Assembly (NCBI RefSeq): GCF_006345805.1
Contig: NC_042998.1
Coordinates: 6,944,001-7,008,000, forward strand
DNA from: Octopus sinensis
Lineage: Eukaryota
Reading direction: 5' to 3'
Length of the DNA stretch: 64,000 nucleotides
Shown piece by piece: positions 13,474 to 26,136 of the stretch (within the stretch, counting starts at the first letter, position 1; every line of letters starts with the position of its first letter). The translations under genes and the position numbers were made by a program. The notes beneath the pieces were generated by a model, which was given only the letters and a program-made list of their open reading frames with translations, searched no databases and was not told where the DNA came from.

Positions 13474-14385
13474 ATATATTTATTTATTTATACACACACA
13501 CTAACACACATACATTATTTACATATCTGTCTCATGTATCCATATACATATATTTGAATGTATGTATATGTGTGTGTGTGTGTGTGTGTACATGTTTAGA
13601 GATGTTAATTCAATGTTCCTCATCGACTCTTAAGTTACACTTTTCATTCACCCAGTGGCTGGTTACCTTGTTACAGCAGAAACAAAGAGAAGCGAAACAT
13701 AAAAAAAAAATATATATATATATATATCAAAGAAATAAAACTAGGAAATTACAACATTTTGTGTGTTAGCATAGAAAACATTGATAAACACAAATAAACA
13801 GATAAAACAAACATTTCTAAACAAAAAAAGAAAGAGTACAAGAAAGAGCTAGAAAGAATTAAGAAGAAATGAGAGAGTGAAGAGAGAGAAGTCAGAGTAA
13901 GCAAAAGAAGTGGTAGGAGGAGTTGAGCCAAGGCTGCAAAGATTAAAACAAAGGATTTCTTTTTTTTGTTTTTTCTATTAAGTTTGTTTTAGAAAGAAAC
14001 TGAATCAATGTATCTTTTATTAGTTGCATCAAAAACAAATAAACAAAAAAAAAACACAGAAGAGAAAAGAAAAACCAAGTCAAGAGGAGTGAAAAATTGT
14101 TTAATGCCAGTATTTCTATTAACAGATTAAGGTAGCTTGTGTATATTCTTATCAGTTTGTTTGTGTTCTTCAATCCGCACCTATCAATGGAAAAAAGAAA
14201 ACGTTTTAAGGTTTATCTTTGACTTCTTTTAGTCACTAGACTGTGGCCATGCTGGAGCACTGCCTTGAAGAACTTTTAATTAAATGAATCGACCCCAATA
14301 CTTTGTTTTGTTTGTTTTTAAGCCTAGCATTTCCTTAAAAATGTTTTAGCCCGAAGGCCGCGGCCATGCTGGGGCACCACCGCTG

Positions 14386-14389
14386 AAAA
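14386..14389 (-). terminator. Pol III T4 terminator after tRNA-Lys; a second T5 run lies at 14337-14341
   Basis: Minus strand reads G73-TATGAAAC-TTTT-CAGC...AAACA-TTTTT-AAGG. Confidence 0.55.
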
Positions 14390-14397
14390 GTTTCATA

Positions 14398-14489
14398 CAC
14401 CCGCAGAGGGACTCGAACCCACGACCCTCAGATTACTTCTAAGGTTGACCTATAAAAGTCTGATGCTCTACCGACTGAGCTATGCGGGC
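14398..14489 (-). tRNA. tRNA-Lys(UUU) with a 19-nt intron (14434-14452) at the canonical 37/38 position
   Basis: GCCCGCATAGCTCAGTCGGTAGAGCATCAGACTTTTA[TAGGTCAACCTTAGAAGTA]ATCTGAGGGTCGTGGGTTCGAGTCCCTCTGCGGGTG. 73 nt after splicing. Acceptor fully paired (G1-U72); one U-U in the T stem; A and B boxes intact. C32 pairs with intron G(-3), the A-I pair. Confidence 0.92.
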
Positions 14490-14656
14490 AGACACATTTA
14501 TTTATTTATTTATTTATTTATTCTAATGGTCTCTTTTTGCCAAACTGCTATGTTACAGGGGACATAAATGCACCAACTCTGGTTGTCAAGTGGTGGTGGG
14601 ATGGTGGTGGGGGTGGTAGTAGTGGTAGTGGGTGGTGGAGCAAACACAGACACAGT

Positions 14657-14687
<31 letters not shown>

Positions 14688-15101
14688 GACAGGCTTTCAG
14701 TTTCTGTCTGCATATAGACAGACAGACAGATAGATAGATATGCATATATATATATATGCATATATATATATGTACATATATATAGATATATATACATATA
14801 TATATATAGAGAGACAGACAGACAGATGCACGTGTTTATGTATACTCGTGTGAAAGACCAAAAGATTCAAACATATTTGAGTTGTTCCCAAGTGTTCAAG
14901 AATTTCATTAGGTTCATTTTGCATTGAACAGTTCCAAAGGCTTTCACTTCTTTTTGATCTATTATTATTGTTTCTTTGGCAGGGTGGAGGTTAAAGCCCT
15001 TTTTTTAATATTGCTTTCTCTTAATTTCCAGTCAGAATAAGTTTACTGATGTTTTGAGGAAAACACTTTTTCACAACTTCATTTATCCCACTTATACTTT
15101 C

Positions 15102-15545
15102 ATCATCATCATCATCATCGTTTAACGTCTGCTTTCCATGCTAGCATGGGTTGGACGATTTTGACTGAGGGCTGGTGAACCAGATGGTTGCACCAGTCTC
15201 CAATCTTGATTTGGCAGAGTTTCTACAGCTGGATGCCCTTCCTTAACGCCAACCACTCCAAGAGTGTAGTGGGTGCTTTTTACGTGCCACCGGCACGTGG
15301 GCCTGTCAGGCGGTACTGGTAACGACCTTGCTTGAATCCTGTTACACATGCCACCAGCACAGGTGCCAGTAAGGCGACGTTGGTAACGATCATGCTTGAA
15401 TGGTGCTCTTTTACATGCCACTGACATGGAAGCTAGTTGGCTGCTCTGGCAACGATCACACTTGGATGGTGCTCTTGGCACCCTACTAGCATGGGCACAA
15501 GTGCCAGTAAGGTGATGCTGGTAACGATCTCGCTCGAATGGTGCC
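15102..15545 (-). mobile_element. RTE-type retroposon 3' end with diverged ~60-65 bp internal repeats
   Basis: Same tail as 1100-1545. Repeated GTGC..TTACGTGCCACC..GGTAACGATC units. Confidence 0.8.
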
Positions 15546-16304
15546 CTTATGGTTCGAATTCCATTATGAACAACCAGTTTAGAAAATCGAGTTTTAGATT
15601 TGATATTATTTGAACCGGTACTTATTGTCATTTAGATAAGATTTTCATATGATGATAAACAATAAACTTATTAATTACTGAAGAATGAATTTATTAATCA
15701 CTGTTCTATCTAATTAAATAGTTCACCAAACTCCACAGAAATCTCACTATGATAGCAATAAGATTTAAGATTTCATAAGGATGATGGTAACAACACTACA
15801 AACACGTAATATGTGAATTAGCTCACAAACTGACAGTTGTGCTTTAATCAAGTTTGACTTAAAACCATTATATTGTCAGGCAGTATTATCTTACTGTTGA
15901 CTATGTGTCAAGAACTATGTCATCTTGTACATTATAAAATGATTTCTTATACAGCTTAGCTATAAGAAACTGCTGTGCTATAATAATACATAGCGAGGTA
16001 TGTGACCTAGTGGTTAAAGTGTTCAACTCATGATCTTAAGGTCGTGGGTTCAGTCCCTGCACTAGTATCTGCATTGTGTCTTTGATGTTCTTTTTCATAT
16101 TGCTTCAGTCTGATCAAGTGTGATATGAATTAACTGGGTGGAACCTCCAGAAGGAGACAGTTACATCAGCCATCACTTCCTCCAATTGACATACCCTGAG
16201 TATTCCAATGGATTAGGGATGGGGGGAAGGGGTCCAAGTGGGTTTATATGTCTGCTTCTAACTTGACAGGCAACTGAAATAATTAGCAAAAGCATGGAAC
16301 ACAA

Positions 16305-16810
16305 GTGCAGGCATGGTAAGAAGCTTGCTTTCTAATGACATGGTTCTGGGTTCATTCTCACTGCATGGCACCTTTAGCAAGAATCTTCTACTTGGACTGA
16401 CCAAAGCCTTGTGAATGAATTTGGAAACTGAAAGAAGCCTGTCATATATATCTATATATATATAGAGAGAGAGACGGACAGACAGACAGAGAGACAGACA
16501 GACAGAGATAGATAGATAGATAGATATGTAGGTAGGTAGGTAGCTAGGTAGCTAGGTAGGTAGGTAGCTAGGTAGGTAGATAGATAGATAGATACGTGTG
16601 TGTATGTGAACCACCACTGCTGATAGTCAGTGTTGGTGTGTTTACATCTCCATAACTTAGCAGTTTGGCAAAAAAGACTTATAGAATAAATATCAGGCTT
16701 AAAAAAGAATAAGTAGTGGAGTTAATTCATTCAACTAAAATTCTTCAAGGTCGTGCCCCAGCATGGCCACAGTCTAATGACTGATTCAAGTGAAAGATAA
16801 AAGATGAAAG
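16305..16810 (+). mobile_element. Family A SINE, diverged, with an internal GATA/GGTA microsatellite
   Basis: Family A head and tail GTGCCCCAGCATGGCCACAGTCTAATGACTG. Confidence 0.8.
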
Positions 16811-16994
16811 ATATCCAAGCCATCACTCACATCACATGTGAGTGATGGTTGATTGCATTGTAGTGTATTGTGTAACAATCAGTCAAATATGATTAGTTAT
16901 TTATTTGGTGAAACACAGCTATTGATATTGTGCTATGTAATATAAGTATAAATTAATTTGCATACCATCATCAGCAGTAGCTGGTACATACATA

Positions 16995-17336
16995 CATACC
17001 TGTCTAACACCCGTGGACATGTTTACAAAGTTAGAAAAGAGCACAGCTCCCATGACTTTCAGAAACATTTTTTCACGCTAAGAGTTGCTGAAGCATGGAA
17101 CAAACTGCTGGCATCAGTTGTTAGTTGTCGGAGCACTGCATCCTTCAAAACTTCCATGCTTTCTGAGATTCGCCAACACTACACCTGATTTTCTCCCCTC
17201 CATACACATGCAAGCATGCATCTGACTCATACAGTGTTCACTTTCCAGACATTTGTACATTACTGCATATGCTTTACACGCACTTTTGACAAGTTGTGGT
17301 GCACCTGAGCACTGTATACAATAATTTCATTATTAT
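16995..17336 (+). mobile_element. CR1-clade LINE 3' fragment (ORF2 C-terminus plus 3' UTR)
   Basis: SNTRGHVYKVRK..FFTLRVAEAWNKL..SVV..S..SFK is the typical CR1 ORF2 end. 3' GTGCACCTGAGCACTGTA hairpin and (ATT)n tail. Confidence 0.85.
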
Positions 17337-18369
17337 ATGTATGTATGTATGTATGTGTGACAGGCTTCCACAAAGTCTTGCTCAACCAAATTCACTCAGA
17401 CGTCACCGGTCGGCTCAGTGTTATCGTAGAACACACTTACACAAGGTACCACTCAGTGGAACTGAACCTGTCAACACATCGTTGCAAAGAGAGCTTCTTA
17501 ACCATACAGCCAGGCCTGCACCAAGCATTCGACCTTCTGTGAATCCTCATAGATTTGTAACTGGAGCACTGAAAGGAATATAGAGACTCAGTGAAGGAAT
17601 AACAAAAAAAATAATAAGTCATGAAATAGAAAAAAAGGGAGAAAAGAAGAACTTGTAAGTTAGGGTTAATACTTGGAGACAGATTTATTTATTGAAGACC
17701 TAGAAAGAGCATGTGTGATTCTCAAATAAGTTATAATAGCAGATAAATAATAAATAGCTTTTTAAATTATTTATTATTTTCAGGAAATAAATCAATATTC
17801 TGCTGAAGAAAGCTAAACACATTTATATGGACAACCATGTGCTCAGTAATTACAATAAAAGCTTACATGTGAGTGTTATTATATGCAGCTTTTACAAAAA
17901 AAAAACAAGTGTGTTAATATGTAAAAAGAATTTATTCCAATATGGCTCCACTAAATGGATAGGCATCTAGTTTCCTAATGCACTAGATCAAGAAGTAATA
18001 AAACAAACATTTAGAAATCATTACAGTGTTCAACATGGTTATAAAATATGTTGTCAGATCACATATAAAATAAATTCTGGTATGTTTGGCATAATTGTGA
18101 ATGTAAACAAATATTAAACATAAGATAGAAGAAGTTATTAGGGTATAAAGATTTATTAACAAGTTAAGGTTTGTTTGTAGTAAGGATTAATGGCTTGAAC
18201 GAGTTACACATAATTCATATGGACATCATAGCGTTTGAATCCTATCCAACATAAGTAATCAGAGCTGAAGTATTTGAAGTGTTGAAACAAATAAAACAAA
18301 AATAAATAAAAAACGAACTTGGCTGCAACTTAATAAATTTCTAATGTATATGTCAAACTTGAATTTTTT

Positions 18370-18755
18370 TTTACTTGCTTCAGTCATTTGGCGGTGGTCA
18401 TACTGGGGCACCATCTTGAAGAATTCAGTTGAAGAAATCAACTCCAGTATTTATTTTCTATGCCTGGCACTTATTCTATCGGTCTCCTTTGCTGAACTGC
18501 AAAGTTACAGAGATATAAACAAACTAGTGCCAGTTATCAAGCACTGGGTGGAGGGATGGGTTACAAACACAACTGGTTATTTATACATACATACTCATGG
18601 GGAACTTCTGTGAATTTCTACCTCCTAAATTCCCTCACAGAGTATTGGTTGGCTCAGGGCCATAGTGGAAGATATTTGCCCAAAATGTTGCATAGCGGAA
18701 TTGAACCTGAAATCACATGGTTGCAAAGTGAGTTTCTTAACCACACACTTATAGC
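18370..18755 (-). mobile_element. Family A SINE, diverged
   Basis: Reverse complement of family A tail, body and head. Confidence 0.7.
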
Positions 18756-18842
18756 TATGTTTTGACACAGCCATTGCTGAAGTTTTATTGATTATAAGCA
18801 ATTTGAATAAAAGCTTTTTTTTTTTAAAAAAAAAGGCACAAG

Positions 18843-19215
18843 CATAGGTGTATTGCTACCCAGTCACATGGTTCTGGGTTCAGCCCCACTGCAGGGCACA
18901 TTAGGCAAGTGTCTTTTACTATAACCTTGAGCTGATCAAAACCTTGTGAGCAGATTTGGTTTATGAAAACTGGAAGAAGCCTGTCATATATGTGCATGAA
19001 CATGTGTATGTGTGTGTGTGTGTGTGTGTATTTGTGTCTGTGTTTGTCCTTCACCACAACTTAACAACCAGTGTTGGTGTTTTTAAATCCCCATAACTTA
19101 GCATTTCGGCAAAAGAGACTGATAGAATAAGTACCAGGCTTTAACAATATAAGCACTAGGATCAATTGGCCCAACTAAAACTTTTCAAGGTAGTGCTCCA
19201 GCATTGCCACAGGCT
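18843..19215 (+). mobile_element. Family A SINE, diverged
   Basis: CACATGGTTCTGGGTTCAG..GGCAAGTGTCTT..GTGCTCCAGCATTGCCACAG. Confidence 0.75.
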
Positions 19216-20548
19216 TATGAATAAAAGTACCAACTTCAATTTATTTATAATTGTGCTGATTCTCACATGCCGTATTCTGAATACTTTTCCATAGAATATG
19301 TTTAAAAATTCTAGCTCATTGTTTCCATAGCATTGTATGACCTTTTAACCCATTATGAAAGCACACTTAATTTTTCCCTATTATAAAACCTGAATAAAAT
19401 ATAAAACAATATTAACAACAAATATCAATAATGATTTTTGTTTTGCAATTTTTCACTCATTTTTCAAGATCCACTTTAGGCAAGGAATTTATTTATTCCT
19501 ATACGGAATAACAATTCCTGACTAAAATAGAGCAACATAGAGTTAATTTTCTAGTTTGCATTATTAATTTGATCTATAATTTAAGGAAATGTTTAATTCA
19601 CATATAAGTGTTACATATAAAAGGTGAAATATCTTTTCCCCTCATGATAATTCTATCAGTGTTGAGAAAACATCAACATTCTAATTGAGAGTATTATTTT
19701 TTAAATATATTTATATGCTGACAATCAACAATAAATTTAATTAATATCATTTTCTACTTTAGTGGTAATTTAAAAGAAAGGAGAGTCAAATATTTAGTAA
19801 GCATTACCAAGATGGTGTTTTTCAGGAATTTTTTTTAATCATCTGTTTCAGTTTTTATTTTTTGTTTTGATTTTTTTTTATCAACCGAATTCTTATTTAT
19901 TCTTCTTGTATAGAATTTAATGCTAATTCTCTAAGCTCTGTTTGTACTGCACCAGCTGTATCTAGACACCAAATAAATCAATATCTGGTTCAAATATCAA
20001 GAGAGAATATCAGAATTGATTTTAAAATAGCAAGTTTAGTTTGGTTGCATGAAAATATAGACTGTTTGCATTTTAATAACACCTAACACATTGTATAGGT
20101 GTGCAAACTATTTCTAGATACCAAAATACTGAACAATTAAGTAATTTTGAATAAATCTCTCTCTCCCTCTCCTTCAGTTGTTACACACATTTTGTACTTG
20201 AAAGAATTCGAGAAAACAAAAGAATTCCAATTGGTTATTTTATTGCGGTTAATTTATACTAATACTAAGTTATATGACCTGCTCATTAATCAGGTACAAA
20301 AACAAATCCAATAACAAGCTAAACTAGGTCTCTTTTCACTTTCTTGTTGCATAATTAATCAAATTAAATTGAACTGATAATTCATTAAAAGTAAAAACAA
20401 TGACTAGTAACTTACAAAAAAGCAAAAATTGATTATGAATTTCTACATCACAGTGCAATAATATACTATAATACAATACTAACACAAAACTTAGATATTT
20501 TCTTTAGAGTACTTTAATTTAAAAATTACAGTTACTATATTACTCATT

Positions 20549-20824
20549 GATGCAATGGCCCAGTGGTTAAGGCAGCAGACTCGTGGTTGGAGGATCACAG
20601 TTTCAATTTCCAGACTGGACGTTGTGTGTGTTTTTTGAGTGAAAACACCTAAAGCTTCATGAGGCTCTGGCAGGCGGTGGTGGCAACCCCTGTTGTACTC
20701 TTTCATCCCAACTTTCTCTCACTCTTTCTTCCTGTTTCTTGAGTAACACTGCGGGGGGAACACATACATCATAGAAACCGGGAAACCAGACCCATGAGCC
20801 TGTCTAGGCTTGAAAAGGGAGCAT
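20549..20824 (+). mobile_element. Family B head with tail type 3
   Basis: Head as at 7148. Tail ATAGAAACCGGGAAACCAGACCCATGAGCCTGTCTAGGCTT is shared with 51175-51415. Confidence 0.8.
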
Positions 20825-21385
20825 AATATAATGGGACTGAACCCGGAACCATGTGGTTCATAAGCAAGCTACTTACCACACAGCCATTCCTATGCCTATA
20901 ACTATGTCAATAGTTATAGGCAACTGGCATCAGTGCTGAACTGGTACTTATTTTACTGACCCTGTAACCATAAAAGGCAAAGTCAGCCTCAGCAGAATTT
21001 GAACTCAGAATCTAGCAGAAGACGAAATACCGTTAAGCATTTTGTCTTGTATACCAGTATACCTATGATTTTTCCAGCTTGCTGCCTTATGACTATAAGT
21101 AAAGAATATCATAAGTTAGAAAAGATTAACTTATGCTGGATTAGTAGAGATGTCAAATTACAATATTTTTACATAATGTCCTCATAATCATCATTACTGA
21201 TTTGATACAAGATTTTCCATGCTAGAATTAGTTAGAACAAATTAGTTAAAAGCATGCTTCCATTGTTTCTCAACCCAGTAAAGTTTTTATCTACCATTTA
21301 TCTGTAATTTTAGCTTTCAAAATGTTTAATTTTGCAAAACAGTGTTCTCCTATATTTTATGCTCAAGAAATCTTTTATGATTCAC

Positions 21386-21434
<49 letters not shown>

Positions 21435-21438
21435 ATAC

Positions 21439-21479
<41 letters not shown>

Positions 21480-21577
21480 ATACATATACATATACACACA
21501 CACACACATATATATATATATAACTGTCCACTCAATATACATGGACATATATATGTGTGTGTATTTGTCAGTCTGTA

Positions 21578-21625
<48 letters not shown>

Positions 21626-22765
21626 TAGAGAGAGAGAGAGAGAGAGAAATGTTTGTACTGTAAAATGTAGCACAGAACAATGAAAGCCCGTGTGTGTGTG
21701 TATGTGTGTGTGTACATATATGCAAACAAGTACACACATATATATACATATTGTCCGTTTAAATTATTCAAGAATTGTAATTATCACTCTTGCATACAAT
21801 GATTAATTACCATTAACATCCATTAGTCTCTCTCTCAAATTCTATTTATTCATTGGACAGGTCCTACTTAATCTGTCACAGTTTAGACGAGGAAATAAAC
21901 AATAAAAAGGAAATGGTTTTGCAATGGCAAAACAAGCAACTGCCATGTATTCTGGTTAATCATTGCACAACTTACATAACCAATTTCAAGCAAATATCAA
22001 GAATAAATTAAGCCTTACACCATATTCTTCTTGTGTCAGTAACTATTTATTCTAAAACTTAATAAAGTTTTAAAGTTTATTGAGGAAATACTGGGTAGAG
22101 GTAGGTGGATTATTAAATTATTGATATCGAAATTAAATTTGAAAAATCAAGGAATGAGTACAAAGAATCTGTAGATCTTAGAAGCTGAATTAGAAAGACA
22201 AAACAAGTATAAATGACAGTTTAAAGTGGAGATATTATTCTTCATACAGGTTGTTGAAATTCAAGTAAGATTATAAAAAGACAGGTTTTTGAGAAGAACT
22301 TGCAGCATATTGCTATGTTTAATTAACAGATGTGATTTGAGCAAATATTCTCTAGCTTTAATCTACTTGAATTAAATAAATTATCAGCAGTCATTTAAAA
22401 AAATTAGTGTTAAATAGCCATTTCCTACAATTACAGATATGCATGTGTGTATTGTGTGTATGTTGTGTACGCATGTGCATGAGAGAAAGAGAAAAGACGT
22501 AAAATTATAGGTACATGATATTTATATGAATATAAATATAGCGATATACACACACACACCCACATAAGTCCACATGTGTGCTCATCCACCCCCACATATA
22601 AAGATATTATATATATATCAATAATCTGGTTGTATAGCTCTGGTCTATTAAAAACATATCAGGAAAAATCAAATAATGTACAATGCTGTACATGAAATGA
22701 ATTAATTGATTTTATGAAATTGCATATATATATATGTATATTACACAAACACACATGCATATATA

Positions 22766-22805
<40 letters not shown>

Positions 22806-22918
22806 TATATATATGTATGTATATGTGTATATATATATATATGTATATATATGCATATAAAACTGTGTAAGCATACATACACACACACATATATATATTT
22901 ATGTATGTGTCTGTATGC

Positions 22919-22995
<77 letters not shown>

Positions 22996-23013
22996 ATATA
23001 TATATGTACGTAT

Positions 23014-23047
<34 letters not shown>

Positions 23048-23098
23048 GTACGTATGTATGTATGTATGTATATGTATTTATGTATGTATATGTATGTA

Positions 23099-23131
<33 letters not shown>

Positions 23132-23143
23132 GTATGTAGATAT

Positions 23144-23357
23144 CCCCTTAGTGTTTAAACCAGCTGTATCCAGCCCAAATATTCTACACATTTTGTGTGT
23201 AAACTGGTCAGAGCCAGCATCTCACACCTACCCTGCAATGTCATTCTAAAAATAAGCAATTACATCTTTCCTATCTTGAAGCTACAAAATAATATCAGAT
23301 AATTTTTTTTTTTGGGGATAAATAAGGATTGCTTTTGACAAATAAATCTGAACGCAA

Positions 23358-23362
<5 letters not shown>
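23144..23362. mobile_element. piggyBac-like MITE (CCC...GGG ends), same family as 49338
   Basis: Termini CCCCTTAGTGTTTA / TGAACGCAAAAGGG. Internal CTCACACCTACCCTGCAATGTCATTCTAAAAATAA matches 49415-49450. Flanked by ATAT. Confidence 0.6.
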
Positions 23363-23393
<31 letters not shown>

Positions 23394-24504
23394 AAATATA
23401 TACGTTTTTATTATTTTTTTGCAATTTACTTAATCTTCGGTATATTATTGTTATTTTGATTTTAATATTTCTATTATATGTAATTTTCTAGATGGTGTAA
23501 TTTAATTGTTCATTTTGAATTGATAAAAGGTGGGTTTTTTTTTCTAATTTATATATATATATATATATATATAAGAATAAATGTTTTATATATAAAGAAC
23601 GTGAAATACAGGAAGGGACAAACACGGAACACAGACAAATCATTCGAAGCCTTCAATCTTCAGTCAGACACCGAATCATCATAGCAAATTTCGGCTGTTC
23701 AATTCTGATATTTGCTCCAACTCGGCCAGCCCCAAGAAAAAAACTAAGCTGTAAGCATTAGATTTCTTGGTAGAAGACAGGAATACGCACGAGACGGATG
23801 TAAATACGAGAGACAAAAACGAAATTGAAAACGGTAACGGTTAAACAAAATATAATATAACAGTGGTTGTCATACAACTTTAGACCAAATGAGACAAAAA
23901 CAACAAACATAGCAGCAGGCGTAGAAATAATTACCTTTTCGGTAGAGGGGACAAATACAGATGTTGGCGAGATACGATCGCCAACGAAATGGTGGAGAAG
24001 CAGCAGGTTGCAGGGGAGGGAGAGAAAGAGAGACAGAGAGAGAGGGAATCAAAGAGGGTGGAAGGCAGGGGACAGAATCAGTCAGAGACCAAGAGAAAAA
24101 GAGAGAGAAGGGATTGAGGAAGATGGGAGGAAGAGGGGGGAAGAAAAAAGGGCGCCAAAATAGTTTGGTCAAGAAGCAATGGCGGGTAGGAAAGAGAAAG
24201 TATATAGAAGTCGTGCAGGGTTTAAAATTGGATAAACAAACGGGGGGGGGGTGCACGTAACGCCGCAACACACACACACGCATGCAAACTGGATGGTGAC
24301 TTCAATAGCGTAGTTGGCATGAAAAAAGCACTCCGTCCATACTGTAAAGAGGTTGGCATTAGGAAGGGCGTCCAGTCATAAAAACCATGCCAAAGCAGAC
24401 ATTGGAACTTAATGTAGTTCTAGGATGCATCAGTTCCTATCAAACCATTCAACCCATGCCAGTATAGAACATGAATATTAAATGATAATGACTATGATAG
24501 TTTT

Positions 24505-24561
<57 letters not shown>

Positions 24562-24564
<3 letters not shown>

Positions 24565-25183
24565 ATTACAGATATAGGGTGAAATATAATTAATTTAATA
24601 AAATCAACAAATTTCACCTAGTATTATTTTGGTATGGAAAAGGACCATGTACGGTAAAAATTTATATAATTATAATTATAATAATAAGGGTTTTTTGCAT
24701 ATGCTTTGCCATATGTGAGTTACAAATATTATATGTCTGTGGAGACTTATTTTTGTAGTAAAATAAATAGTAGTTTTTAGGCTGCTATTTCTAATATTTT
24801 CGGTATGTGGTTTAAGCAACTTGTTGCAAACCCTTATTATATATATGTATATATATATATATTATATATATATATATATATATAATATATATATATATAG
24901 TCATTACAGATATAGGGTGAAATATAATTAATTTAATAAAATAAAATCAACAAATTTCACCTAGTATTATTTTGGTATGGAAAAGGACCATGTACGGTAA
25001 AAATTTATATAATTATAATTATAATAATAAGGGTTTTTTGCATATGCTTTGCCATATGTGAGTTACAAATATTATATGTCTGTGGAGACTTATTTTTGTA
25101 GTAAAATAAATAGTAGTTTTTAGGCTGCTATTTCTAATATTTTCGGTATGTGGTTTAAGCAACTTGTTGCAAACCCTTATTAT
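24562..25183. repeat. Direct tandem duplication of a ~280-bp unit (24562-24840 and 24900-25183) separated and flanked by (TA)n
   Basis: By eye the copies differ only by a 5-nt insertion in the second. Each carries an internal inverted repeat ATAATAAGGGTTT/AAACCCTTATTAT. Confidence 0.9.
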
Positions 25184-25184
25184 A

Positions 25185-25217
<33 letters not shown>

Positions 25218-25590
25218 TCCTTCACTTACAATTATATATGTGTGTCTGTGTGTGAAGTTAGGAGAAACTGATGTGGGTAACAATAAAAAATAAAATAGGT
25301 GTAAGTGGTCATTCGAAATATCCTTCAGTAACCTAGTTTCTTTAAACAGTGCAAAGAAACTGCTGTTGTTAAGGCAACAGTCCTCTTGCCATACATGTGA
25401 AACAATCCTTAATGAAAACCTTTCAAAAACCACTAAAAACACTTGGGTCTCAGACTCTCTAATCTCCATCACTTATTGTTGTTGTTTCATAAGATGGTTT
25501 TCTATTTACAAAATTTATGTCAGAAATCCTGTTGATGTAAGCCTCAACGATATCATAGATTGTCCTTTACCCCATGTCTCCACATATTAA

Positions 25591-26136
25591 CCCTTTTGTT
25601 ACTAACCTGGCTCAGGCTTTGTGGTAAAATGTCTTGTTTTCATAAGTTTTGAATTAAAAACTTCCACCAAACCTTAGTCATAATTTATGTTCCTAACACT
25701 AGCTTAATGATAACGAAGTTATTTTACTAGTGAGGGCGTGTGGCTTAGTGGTTAGGGCATTCGGCTCATGATCGTAAGGTTGTGAGTTCGATTCCCGGCG
25801 ACGCGTTGTGTCCTTGAGCAAGACACTTTATTTCACGTTGCTCCAGTCCACTCAGCTGGCAAAAATGAGTTGTACTTGTATTTCAAAGGGTCAGCCTTGT
25901 CACTCTCTGTGTCACGCTGATTATCCCCGAGAACTACGTTAAGGGTACACGTGTCTGTGGAATGCTCAGCCATTTGCACGTTAATTTCACGAGCAAGCTG
26001 TTCCGTTGATCGTATCAGCTGGGACCCTCGTCGTCGTAACCGGCGGAGTCTTTTTTATTTTACTAAAGTCTTTGTTATGTTTAAAATAATTGAAAGAAAC
26101 ACAGAGCATCTCAAAATAAGTACAGTAACGAAAGGG
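25591..26136. mobile_element. piggyBac-like MITE with TTAA target duplication, containing a SINE
   Basis: TTAA-CCCTTTTGTTACT ... AGTAACGAAAGGG-TTAA. Confidence 0.85.
25730..26054 (+). mobile_element. Family C SINE, tail type 2, full length and CpG-rich (young)
   Basis: 11-bp TSD TTATTTTACTA at 25719-25729 and 26055-26065. A box TGGCTTAGTGG, B box GAGTTCGATTCCC. Confidence 0.92.

Larger units (their letters stand above)
14225..14712 (-). mobile_element. Old family A SINE interrupted by the tRNA-Lys unit
   Basis: AGCCTAGCATTT (to 14332) joins ATTCTAATGGTCTCTTTTTGCC (about 14520) to rebuild the family sequence AGCCTAGTACTTATTCTATCGGTCTC. Confidence 0.8.
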
